Shown in pieces: positions 48,791 through 57,337 of a stretch of 64,000 bases of DNA (its first letter is position 1; each line of letters opens with the position of its first letter). This DNA is from Polaromonas sp. Its GTDB lineage: Bacteria > Pseudomonadota > Gammaproteobacteria > Burkholderiales > Burkholderiaceae_C. The position numbers and the translations under genes are program-made. Location of the stretch: assembly GCA_043781295.1 (NCBI GenBank), contig JAYWBS010000223.1:2270-66269 (forward strand), given 5' to 3'. The notes below the pieces were generated by a model. The model was not told the DNA's origin. It made no database searches and saw nothing but the letters and a program-made list of their open reading frames with translations.

Positions 48791-49867
48791 CTAGGCGGGC
48801 AAAGGCAAGAACTGCGCGCAGACAGCCTGCGTCACTTGCACAGTCGTTGCACTGCCGCCTAAATCCCGTGTGCGCAGGGAGGCGTTGGCGGTGACTTGTT
48901 CAATCGCCATCATCAATGCTTGGGCGGCTGCCTGTTCGCCCAGATGCTCAAGCAACATGACACAACTCCAGAAGGTGCCAATCGGGTTTGCCCAGCCTTT
49001 GCCCATGATGTCAAAGGCTGATCCGTGAATGGGTTCAAACATGCTGGGGTAGCGGCGCTCCGGGTCGATGTTGCCCGTCGGTGCAATGCCCAGGCTGCCA
49101 GCCAGTGCGGCTGCCAGGTCACTCAAAATATCGGCATGCAGGTTGGTGGCTACCAGTGTGTCCAGCGTGGCTGGGCGCATCACCATGCGGGCTGTGCAGG
49201 CATCCACCAGCTCTTTGTCCCACGTTACATCGGCAAACTCTTGACTGACCTCCCGGGCTATCTCGTCCCACATCACCATCGCATGGCGCTGCGCGTTGGA
49301 CTTGGTGACAACTGTCAGCAGTTTGCGGGGACGCGACTGCGCCAGCTTGAAGGCGTAGCGCATGATGCGCTCAACGCCAGCGCGCGTCATGACCGACAGG
49401 TCTGTGGCGACTTCAATCGGATGACCCTGGTGTGCACGACCGCCCACACCCGCGTACTCGCCTTCAGAGTTTTCACGCACGATGACCCAGTCCAGGTCTT
49501 CAGGTTTGCAGCGTTTGAGCGGTCCGTCAATGCCCGGCAAAATGCGTGTCGGCCTGACATTGGCGTATTGGTCAAAGCCCTGGCAAATTTTTAACCGTAA
49601 TCCCCACAGTGTGATGTGGTCCGGGATGTGCGGGTCACCAGCTGAGCCGAACAAAATCGCGTCCATGCCGCGCAACGCGTCCAGCCCGTTCTTCGGCATC
49701 ATTTCACCGTGGGCCCGGTACCAGTCACCGCCCCAGCCGAAATTTTTAAAATTAAATTGAAAGCTGCCATGGGCTATGGCCAGTACTTCAAGCACCTCCT
49801 GGCCAGCAGGCACGACTTCTTTGCCAATGCCATCACCGGGGATGCAAGCTATTTTGTAGGTCTTCAT
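48791..49867 (-). CDS. ttuC: tartrate dehydrogenase/decarboxylase (D-malate dehydrogenase family)
   Basis: PGDGIG.EV, RENSEGEY, KSNA, FEPIHGSAFDI. Confidence 0.9.
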   Translation of the reverse strand: MKTYKIACIPGDGIGKEVVPAGQEVLEVLAIAHGSFQFNFKNFGWGGDWYRAHGEMMPKNGLDALRGMDAILFGSAGDPHIPDHITLWGLRLKICQGFDQYANVRPTRILPGIDGPLKRCKPEDLDWVIVRENSEGEYAGVGGRAHQGHPIEVATDLSVMTRAGVERIMRYAFKLAQSRPRKLLTVVTKSNAQRHAMVMWDEIAREVSQEFADVTWDKELVDACTARMVMRPATLDTLVATNLHADILSDLAAALAGSLGIAPTGNIDPERRYPSMFEPIHGSAFDIMGKGWANPIGTFWSCVMLLEHLGEQAAAQALMMAIEQVTANASLRTRDLGGSATTVQVTQAVCAQFLPLPA

Positions 49868-50028
49868 GGGTGCTCAGGTGAGTTGTGCGTGAGTTTGGGT
49901 GAGTTGTGAGACGGCTATGAGGCGTTTCAAAACCCTGACCACAAAGATTACCAAACACCGGCACCAGACACCCATGGGGTGTACCCGCAGCACCATCAGG
50001 CATCAGAGCGCGCAAAGGTGTTTTTTGG

Positions 50029-50051
50029 CTTTGAAAAATGCATTTTCAAAG
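50029..50051. promoter_or_regulatory. palindrome, possible operator upstream of ttuC
   Basis: CTTTGAAAA-atgca-TTTTCAAAG. Confidence 0.35.
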
Positions 50052-50065
50052 TTTAAGGGCTAGTG

Positions 50066-50550
50066 TTAGTGTAAAAGCTACAGGCGCTGCGCGGCTTTAT
50101 CGCACAGACCCATGTGGACTACCGGGCTAGCTCTCGGTTACTTAACATACTTGACGACTGCGAATTGCATCCGCTTTACGCCAGCTGCCATGTAAAAACC
50201 TGGAGCGGTACGAATAACGCCAGCGAAAGAATTGTTGTTGTTGACTTGAACGGCTGCGTCGCCGCCTTGCTTTTTAACCTCGCCTGCTACCGATGACCGG
50301 ATCATCGTTTCGTCTCCATAACCGCTACCGACTTCACTTACTACCATGCCGATGATTGAGTACTTTCGAGGCGGAGAACCATTGGCCCAGAAATCAATGC
50401 CATCAACTATGACCTTCGTGCCTCCCTCGCCCTCATAGAGGTTGTTCTTCCCTTCATAGGGCTGGAAATCAACAGTGGCACACCCTACAAGAGCGAAGGC
50501 CAACATGATGAAAATGATGAAGCGCATAAACTCTCCTTTAGAGAGCTAAC
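50066..50550 (-). mobile_element. decayed integron gene cassette with attC-like site at 50066-50135
   Basis: cassette starts GTTAGCTCTC before the RBS; after the stop is the complementary GAGAGCTA(G)C, then the hairpin CTGTGCG-ataaagc-CGCGCAG. Confidence 0.7.
50138..50527 (-). CDS. small lipoprotein (cassette cargo)
   Basis: lipobox LVGC; AAGGAG RBS; C-terminal KKQGGDA motif. Confidence 0.8.
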   Translation of the reverse strand: MRFIIFIMLAFALVGCATVDFQPYEGKNNLYEGEGGTKVIVDGIDFWANGSPPRKYSIIGMVVSEVGSGYGDETMIRSSVAGEVKKQGGDAAVQVNNNNSFAGVIRTAPGFYMAAGVKRMQFAVVKYVK

Positions 50551-50662
50551 TTGATTTAACCCACAGGCAACTGCAATATAGCGTAGCAACTACACCCGAA
50601 AAAGTTGGCCTTAAAGCTTGTCATATTTAAATACCTTGCTCCATAAAAAATTTGTCTCTACT

Positions 50663-50992
50663 TCACGCAAAACTTTCCTGCAAAGCCTCTTGCGCCAAGG
50701 TGTTAATGCTTTTGCCTTTTGCTTGCGCCGCAATAGCCAATTTTTCATGCAGTTGTGGCGAGATTCGCAAATTGAATTTGCCGGAAAAGTGGCGCTTTGG
50801 TTCAATCCCTTTTTCAGCACACACCTCAAGAAACGTGGCTAGCGAGCGCTTGAACTCCGCGCGAAGCTCCTTCGGGTTCTTGCCGTAAAAATCTGCGCCG
50901 CCGTTGAGGCCCAGAATTTCCCCTCTGAACATGTCAAGGTCAGGGTCAAATTCAATCGTTGCGTGATAGTCGTCAACAGTCATGACATTCAT
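50663..50992 (-). CDS. hicB: HicB antitoxin
   Basis: Y.A.IEFD..., FSGKFNLRISP.LH. Confidence 0.92.
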   Translation of the reverse strand: MNVMTVDDYHATIEFDPDLDMFRGEILGLNGGADFYGKNPKELRAEFKRSLATFLEVCAEKGIEPKRHFSGKFNLRISPQLHEKLAIAAQAKGKSINTLAQEALQESFA

Positions 50993-51243
50993 GGTTCTAC
51001 TCCGTGTTGTTCAAGCCATTTGCGGATTGCTGCGACCGCGCCTTGGTCCGTGTTGGGTGATGGATGTGGACGGTGAAAGACCCGCACCTCATCAAACAAA
51101 AAGACAGAAACCCGGCTGCCTGCCCGCTCTTCAATTTCTGCACCCAGCTCAATGAAAAGACCTTCAACATCGCGCCACTGCACATTGCCGCTCGTTGGCC
51201 GATAAAAAATCAATTCAACAACTCGTTGGTGCCGTCGCTTCAT
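50989..51243 (-). CDS. hicA: HicA toxin
   Basis: W.DVE.L...LGA...GSRV....FHRPHP; upstream palindrome AGTACC-N7-GGTACT (51252-51270). Confidence 0.92.
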   Translation of the reverse strand: MKRRHQRVVELIFYRPTSGNVQWRDVEGLFIELGAEIEERAGSRVSVFLFDEVRVFHRPHPSPNTDQGAVAAIRKWLEQHGVEP

Positions 51244-51342
51244 GTATTTATAGTACCAGTTTCAGGTACTGGATGCAATGTCCGATTATTACTGATGAAT
51301 TGCTGCAAAATCACTGGCAGTTATCTTGCATAACGTACCCCA

Positions 51343-51831
51343 ATGAACAAGCCCATCATCACCCTGCGAGACCCCCAACCCGGCGATATGGGCTGGGTGG
51401 TGCAGCAGCATGGAGAGGTTTACTGGCGTGAATACGGCTGGGACATGCGCTTTGAAGCGCTGGTAGCGGGTATCGTTTCTGGCTATGTCACCAACTACCA
51501 AAGCGAGTTTGAAAAGTGCTGGATAGCCGAGGTCGATGGTGTGCGGGCGGGTTCTGCCTTTGTGGTGCGCAAGTCAAAAACCACGGCGCAACTGCGCATG
51601 CTGATACTGACACCCGAGGCGCGCGGGTTGGGCCTGGGCGGCACATTGACCGATGAATGCATTGCCTTTGCACGCGCCACGGGCTACAAAAAAATGACGC
51701 TATGGACGAATGCCTGTCTGCTGGCGGCTCGGGCTATTTATGTCAAGCGTGGCTTCAAGCTTGTTAAGGCAGAACCCTATCAGGGCTTTGGGCATGACTT
51801 GGTGGGCGAGACTTGGGAGTTGAGGCTATAG
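51343..51831 (+). CDS. GNAT-family N-acetyltransferase
   Basis: GDMGWVVQQHG..Y, ARGLGLG, WTN..L.AA..Y...GF. Confidence 0.9.
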   Translation: MNKPIITLRDPQPGDMGWVVQQHGEVYWREYGWDMRFEALVAGIVSGYVTNYQSEFEKCWIAEVDGVRAGSAFVVRKSKTTAQLRMLILTPEARGLGLGGTLTDECIAFARATGYKKMTLWTNACLLAARAIYVKRGFKLVKAEPYQGFGHDLVGETWELRL

Positions 51832-51863
51832 CCTAGCTGCTCATATGGCTTGACTTGGTTTTA

Positions 51864-51977
51864 CTCCCTCTCCCCTTGGGAGAGGGCAGGGGTGAGGGCT
51901 GACGGTTTGTGCATAGAGCTGCTCTTTTTCGCAGCTTGCTGGCCCTCACCCTAACCCTCTCCCAGAGGGAGAGGGAA
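51864..51977. repeat. inverted pair of CCCTCTCCC..GGGAGAGGG (BoxC/REP-like) units
   Basis: CCCTCTCCCCTTGGGAGAGGGCAGGGGTGAGGGC ... GCCCTCACCCTAACCCTCTCCCAGAGGGAGAGGG between convergent genes. Confidence 0.85.
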
Positions 51978-51984
51978 CAGGAAT

Positions 51985-53223
51985 TCAATCAGTCTTCGCA
52001 CCCGTCTCAAACCACTGCTTGATCTGCGCCCGCTCCTCGTCTGTCACGCCCGTTGAGTTGTTCATCGGCATGAGCTTGGTCACCACCACCTGCTGGTAAA
52101 CCGACTGTGCATGCTGCTTGACGAGAATGGGCGAATCAAGCCGGACATTTTTCATCTGCAATTGCGCGCCGTGGCATTGGTAGCAGCGGTTCTCGATGAT
52201 TTTGACCACTTTTTGGTAGTCATTTTGGCCTGTAGCCTCCTGGATTCGGGCGTGAGCAGCTCCTGAATCAATAGCGTTTGAATTTGAGGCAGCGGGTGCA
52301 GGTCTCATCCAGACAATAGCCCCAACGATGACGGCGATGCCCACCAGCGCATAGGCGATGGGGTGGCGGTTGCGGCCCAGCTTGTAACCGTGGCGCAGCA
52401 CAAAAAACTGGCGTATCGCCGCGCCAGCGAACATCATCTCAATCAGCACCAGCCAGTTTTGCGGGTGGCTCCAGGTAAAGCTGTAGTGGTTACTCAGCAT
52501 GGCAAACAGCACGGGCAGCGTGAAGTAGGTGTTGTGCACGCTGCGCTGCTTGCCGCGCTGGCCGTGTACCGGGTCAACTGGCCTTCCTGCCTTGATATCA
52601 GCCACCACGGTGCGCTGGCCGGGAATGATCCAGAAAAACACATTCGCGCTCATGCTGGTGGCCATCATGGCACCGACCAACAAAAACGCGGCGCGTCCGG
52701 CAAACCAGTGGCAGGCAAGCCACGATGCAGCACAGACAAGAATAGCCACGCCTGCGCCAACGATGGCATCGCCGTTTTTGCCTTTGCCAAACAGCTGGCA
52801 AATCGCGTCGTACAGCATCCAGAACACCACAAAGAAAGACAGCGCCACACCAATGGCTGCGCCGGGTGACCAGTTCATGAGCGACTTGTCGATCAGGTAG
52901 GCGCTGGCGTTCCAGAGGTAAGACACGGTAAACAGCGCAAAGCCCGTCAGCCAGGTGCTGTAGCTTTCCCAGTAAAACCAGTGCAGGTGCTCTGGCATGT
53001 GTGGCGGCTTGCTGGCAAATTTGACCGGGTGATAAAACCCGCCACCGTGCAGCGCCCACAGCTCACCGCTGACGCCTTGTTTTTTCAGGTCTTCGTCAAC
53101 TGGCGGGGTCAGGCTGGCGTCTAAAAAGACAAAGTAAAACGACGAACCGACCCAGGCAATGGCGGTGATGACATGCACCCAGCGCAGCAGCAGATTGGCC
53201 CAGTCGAGGAGATAACTTTCCAT
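51985..53223 (-). CDS. puuD: membrane urate oxidase with C-terminal cytochrome c
   Basis: RW.HVI.AIAW.G.SFYF, HGGGFY, RSVHN.Y.TLP, SNHY, CYQCH. Confidence 0.93.
   Translation of the reverse strand: MESYLLDWANLLLRWVHVITAIAWVGSSFYFVFLDASLTPPVDEDLKKQGVSGELWALHGGGFYHPVKFASKPPHMPEHLHWFYWESYSTWLTGFALFTVSYLWNASAYLIDKSLMNWSPGAAIGVALSFFVVFWMLYDAICQLFGKGKNGDAIVGAGVAILVCAASWLACHWFAGRAAFLLVGAMMATSMSANVFFWIIPGQRTVVADIKAGRPVDPVHGQRGKQRSVHNTYFTLPVLFAMLSNHYSFTWSHPQNWLVLIEMMFAGAAIRQFFVLRHGYKLGRNRHPIAYALVGIAVIVGAIVWMRPAPAASNSNAIDSGAAHARIQEATGQNDYQKVVKIIENRCYQCHGAQLQMKNVRLDSPILVKQHAQSVYQQVVVTKLMPMNNSTGVTDEERAQIKQWFETGAKTD
52221..52275 (-). repeat. two-box repeat, copy 8 (in frame in the puuD linker)
   Basis: GCTA-ttgattcag-GAGC tgctcac GCCC-gaatccagg-AGGC tacaggc; encodes AIDSGAAHARIQEATG. 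Confidence 0.85.
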
Positions 53224-53353
53224 ACATGCACCCTATTCAGCACAACGCTGATCGTTATGCAGACCTGTTCACCACTGCGGGCGCTGTGAACAGTAACTGG
53301 GTCGCGAACTATGGAAACTGTGTTTCCCTGCTCCGCTGCGACCTGCACCAATT

Positions 53354-54181
53354 TTAAGCGCGATTAACACCTTGCAACAACTGTGCCGCCACGGCAATGG
53401 CAATCACTTCGGGTTCTTTGCCGTCAATACCGGGCACCCCAATCGGACTGGTGACGTGATTCAGTTCATGTGGCGTGAAGCCACGCGCCGCCAGACGACT
53501 GCGAAAGGTTGCCCATTTGGTTTTGCTGCCAATCAGGCCGATGTAGGGCAAGTCACCCTGCTGCCTTTGGCGTTTGAGGCAGGCCGCCAGCACCTCCAAA
53601 TCTTCTGCGTGGCTAAAGCTCATGATGAGCACCTGCGACTGAGGTGCAAGGCTGTGAACCGCTCCTTCAACCGGGTCAGAATGCTCGAAAACCACATGAC
53701 CGGACACGTCATTGGGGAAGACGCCATCACGGCTGTCTATCCAGGTCAATGCAAACGGCAGGCTTGACAACACCCTGACCAGCGCATGACCGACATGGCC
53801 ACCGCCAAACAACGCGACTGGGGTCAGGTCTGACTGCAAGCGTTGTCTCAGTTGCGCAGCATCTTGAGCAACGACATGCTCGAACCGCAAATGCACCACA
53901 CCGCCGCAACACTGGCCCAAAGCCGGGCCAAGTGCAAAGCGCATGGTCACTGGCAGGGCAGCGGGTGATTTTAAAAGTTCGTGTGCTTTGGCAATCGCGT
54001 CATATTCAAGATGGCCGCCGCCCACTGACCCGACCAGCGTGTCATCAAACACCGCCATCCACGCGCCCGCCTCGCGGGGCACAGAGCCGTCAACGGCATC
54101 AACTTGCACCAGCACGCCGGGTTGCTGCGCCAGCAACGCCAGAAATTTTTCAAGATGATGATGAGGCGTTTGTGAAACCAT
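53354..54181 (-). CDS. xdhC: xanthine dehydrogenase accessory protein
   Basis: GS.PRE.G, GGGHLE, LGQCCGG, GLIGS.TK, K.P..IA. Confidence 0.94.
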   Translation of the reverse strand: MVSQTPHHHLEKFLALLAQQPGVLVQVDAVDGSVPREAGAWMAVFDDTLVGSVGGGHLEYDAIAKAHELLKSPAALPVTMRFALGPALGQCCGGVVHLRFEHVVAQDAAQLRQRLQSDLTPVALFGGGHVGHALVRVLSSLPFALTWIDSRDGVFPNDVSGHVVFEHSDPVEGAVHSLAPQSQVLIMSFSHAEDLEVLAACLKRQRQQGDLPYIGLIGSKTKWATFRSRLAARGFTPHELNHVTSPIGVPGIDGKEPEVIAIAVAAQLLQGVNRA

Positions 54182-54248
54182 GTCTGATATACAACGTCTT
54201 AAAAAAGTAGTAAAAGAAAATGTTGGGCAAAATAGCTAAAGCGTTTAA

Positions 54249-54806
54249 ATGGCTGCATTAAAAAACCGGATGATCATGAGACTAAAAAACCTGAACATTG
54301 AACCTCGCCGATTTTGGCTCCTGACGCTGGCCTCCAGCGCGGTCACGGCCATCCTAAGCGCTTGTCAAAGCCCCATGCCTGCTGCTGCACCGCCCGCAGT
54401 TGCAGCACCTGAGCCTTCATCTCCCGTGATTGGCCCGATCCCCGCTGCTGAAGGCTCTGCGCGCAGCTCGCCAGCCACCAACCCAAGAGCTTACCGCGCC
54501 GACGGTGCATCGCACCTGTATGGTTTGAACAGCGACCGGATTTACAAAGGCAGAATGCCGCCGCTGCTGTATGCGGTCGGCGTGCTGAACATTGAAATCG
54601 ACCGCGCGGGCCGCGTGACGAAGCTTGACTGGATGCGTGCGCCCAGCCATGCGCCCGAAGTGGTGGCTGAAATAGAACGCACGGTACGCAGCGCTGCGCC
54701 CTTCCCCGCACCTGCCCGCATGGGCAAGGTGGTGTATACCGACACGTGGCTGTGGCACAAAAGCGGCAAGTTTCAGCTGGATACGCTGACTGAAGGGCAG
54801 AACTGA
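54249..54806 (+). CDS. putative lipoprotein with TonB-C-like domain
   Basis: LSAC lipobox, Pro/Ala linker, AAPFP.P; start uncertain. Confidence 0.7.
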   Translation: MAALKNRMIMRLKNLNIEPRRFWLLTLASSAVTAILSACQSPMPAAAPPAVAAPEPSSPVIGPIPAAEGSARSSPATNPRAYRADGASHLYGLNSDRIYKGRMPPLLYAVGVLNIEIDRAGRVTKLDWMRAPSHAPEVVAEIERTVRSAAPFPAPARMGKVVYTDTWLWHKSGKFQLDTLTEGQN

Positions 54807-54824
54807 AAAAGGCAATTTTTCGAC

Positions 54825-54894
54825 GGGCCGCCCCTAGAAAAATTAGTCCCCTCGGGGGGCAGAGAATTACGCGCAGCGAACGAACGTGGGGGCC
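54825..54894 (+). repeat. 70-bp GC-rich repeat, intergenic copy
   Basis: same termini and core as 41018-41087. Confidence 0.85.
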
Positions 54895-54902
54895 ATATAT
54901 CT

Positions 54903-55880
54903 CTAATCTATTTTCAGATTTTGCGACTTCACCACATTGCGCCAGGCTCTGTAATCGGCCTCAATAAAGTTGCCAAGTAGCGCGGGCGAACCAGTAGCAG
55001 GTTCCACTGCCTCGGTTTTAAAACGGGCCAGCACATCCGGCATGGCCACCACCTTGTTGATGGCGGCGTTCAGCAGATTGATGGTGGCAACAGGCGTACC
55101 TGTTGGTGCCATCAGCGCAAAATAATTCACCACATCAATACCCGCCAGCCCAGCCTCGGTCATGCTGGGGACATCGGGCAGCGCAGGGGAGCGTTTGGCG
55201 CTGGTCACGGCCAGCGGCTTGATGCGCCCGTCCTTGATGAAAGGCAGCAGCGCCGGAATGGTGCCCGTCACAAACTGGACTTGCCCGCCAATCATGTCCA
55301 TCACTGCAGGCGCTATGCCCCGGTACGGAATGTGGGTGATGTATGTCCCGGTACGCGACTTGAGCAGCTCCAGCACCAGATGGTTGACGCCGCCAGCACC
55401 TGCCGAGCCATAGTTCAGCACGCCCGGCTTTTGCCTGGCCAGCTTGACCAGCCCCGTCATGTCACTGACTGGCAAGCTGGTATTGGCCGCCCACACCAGC
55501 GGCCCGCTGGCAATCATGCCGACGGGTGAAAATTGCAGCAAAGGGTCATAGCCCGCGTTGGGCAACGATGCCGCCACAGTCGTGAACGGTGACGCCACCA
55601 GCAGCAGCGTGTAGCCATCAGGTGCGGCCTGGGCCACAAACTGCGCACCAATCGCGCCTGATGCGCCGGTGCGGTTTTCAACCACAAAGGTGGCATTCAT
55701 GACCTCGCCCAGCTTTTGCGCCATCAGCCTGCCCATGGCATCTGTACCTGCACCAGCTGCAAATGGCACGATGATTTTCACGGCTTTGGCTGCCGGGTAG
55801 ACAGGTGTTTGGGCCTGTGCTGCACTTAGGCCAGATGCCAGCACGGCAAGCGCATGGCGGCGCGTCAATCCCATCATCAT
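54903..55880 (-). CDS. Bug/TctC substrate-binding protein
   Basis: PFAAG.GTD, ENR.GASG, PDGYT, HIPYRG; coupled to the uraH stop. Confidence 0.92.
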   Translation of the reverse strand: MMMGLTRRHALAVLASGLSAAQAQTPVYPAAKAVKIIVPFAAGAGTDAMGRLMAQKLGEVMNATFVVENRTGASGAIGAQFVAQAAPDGYTLLLVASPFTTVAASLPNAGYDPLLQFSPVGMIASGPLVWAANTSLPVSDMTGLVKLARQKPGVLNYGSAGAGGVNHLVLELLKSRTGTYITHIPYRGIAPAVMDMIGGQVQFVTGTIPALLPFIKDGRIKPLAVTSAKRSPALPDVPSMTEAGLAGIDVVNYFALMAPTGTPVATINLLNAAINKVVAMPDVLARFKTEAVEPATGSPALLGNFIEADYRAWRNVVKSQNLKID

Positions 55881-56233
55881 CAACTGCCTCGGTAAGTTGA
55901 ATAGCTCCACGGGCTGACCAGCAGCGGCACGTGGTAATGCGCGCTGGTATCTGCCACCCCAAAATCAATCGTGACCAGATTTAAAAAATTCGGCTCGGGC
56001 AGCGCCACGCCACGCACCTTGAAGTAGCTAGCGACATCAAACACCAGCCGGTACGTACCGATTTTCAACGTGGCACTGTCATACAGCAGGCCGTCCGGGT
56101 TGCGGCCGTCGCTGTTCAGGGTGAATTGCTTGACCAGCGTGGCATTATTTCCATCAGTGGTGTAAAAAGAAACCGCCATGCCACTGGCAGGTGCACCAAT
56201 CATGGTGTCCAGTACGTGTGTGCTCAAGCCCAT
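55880..56233 (-). CDS. uraH: 5-hydroxyisourate hydrolase
   Basis: LSTHVLD, DGR, HYHVPLL.SP.SYSTYRGS. Confidence 0.96.
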   Translation of the reverse strand: MGLSTHVLDTMIGAPASGMAVSFYTTDGNNATLVKQFTLNSDGRNPDGLLYDSATLKIGTYRLVFDVASYFKVRGVALPEPNFLNLVTIDFGVADTSAHYHVPLLVSPWSYSTYRGS

Positions 56234-56380
56234 GGTGCGTTTTCCCTGGTAATCCAAATAAGGTTCATAACAAACCGACAGGTAATAAGGTGCGCAGAGT
56301 CACCGATAATTCAGAAGATGATAGCCGCCCCTCATTACGAAATAAAAACAGAAAATTGACAGCCAGTGATTTTCACCACC

Positions 56381-57337
56381 ATGCCAGACACCATTCTCCC
56401 AAACAGTTATCCCCGCGACCTTGCAGGCTATGGCCGCAACCCGCCACATGCCCAGTGGCCAGGCAAGGCACGCATTGCAGTGCAGTTTGTTTTAAATTAC
56501 GAAGAAGGCGGCGAGAACACGGTGCTACACGGCGATGCTGGCTCGGAGCAATTTTTATCTGAAATGTTCAACCCGCCCAGTTTTGCTGCCAGGCACCTGA
56601 GCATGGAAAGCATTTACGAATACGGCTCTCGCGCAGGCGTGTGGCGCATTCTGCGTGAATTTGAAAAGCGCCAACTGCCACTGACGGTGTTTGGTGTCGG
56701 CATGGCCTTGCAACGTGCGCCCGATGTCACGGCGGCATTTGTTGAACTCGGCCATGAGATCGCTTGCCACGGCTGGCGCTGGATCAACTACCAGCAAATT
56801 GACGAGGCGACCGAGCGCTTGCACATGCGCCTGGGCCTTGATGCAATTGAAAAGCTCACCAACCACAGACCGTTGGGCTGGTACACCGGCCGCGACAGCC
56901 CGAACACGCGCCGCCTGCTGGCAGACGAAGGCACCACCAGTTACGACAGCGACTACTACGGTGATGACCTGCCCTTTTGGACGCAGGTTGCGCGCACCGA
57001 TGGCTTGGCGGTACCGCGACTGGTGGTGCCCTACACACTGGATACCAACGACATGCGCTTTGCATCGGCGCAGGGCTTTGCACAAGCCGAGGATTTTTTC
57101 ATCTACCTGCGTGACAGCTTTGATGCGCTGTACGCCGAGGGTGACCCGGCTGGCCTTGACCGCCCCAAGATGATGAGCATCGGCATGCACTGCCGCCTGC
57201 TGGGCAGGCCTGGGCGCATTGTGGCGTTGCAGCGCTTTCTTGACCACATCGCCACCCGCGATCACGTCTGGGTGTGCCGCCGCATCGACATTGCGCAGCA
57301 TTGGCAGCAAACCCATCCCTTCAAAGTTACAACATGA
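56381..57337 (+). CDS. puuE: allantoinase, polysaccharide-deacetylase family
   Basis: YPRDL.GYG, NYEEGGE, ES.YEYGSR.G, HG.RW, SIG.HCR. Confidence 0.95.
   Translation: MPDTILPNSYPRDLAGYGRNPPHAQWPGKARIAVQFVLNYEEGGENTVLHGDAGSEQFLSEMFNPPSFAARHLSMESIYEYGSRAGVWRILREFEKRQLPLTVFGVGMALQRAPDVTAAFVELGHEIACHGWRWINYQQIDEATERLHMRLGLDAIEKLTNHRPLGWYTGRDSPNTRRLLADEGTTSYDSDYYGDDLPFWTQVARTDGLAVPRLVVPYTLDTNDMRFASAQGFAQAEDFFIYLRDSFDALYAEGDPAGLDRPKMMSIGMHCRLLGRPGRIVALQRFLDHIATRDHVWVCRRIDIAQHWQQTHPFKVTT

Noticed and set aside
49877-49910. GTGAGTT x3 upstream of ttuC
   Set aside because: Short, irregularly spaced and low complexity; no supportable function.
50551-50592. dif (XerCD) site
   Set aside because: Only GTTAAAT matches; the 11-6-11 architecture is absent.
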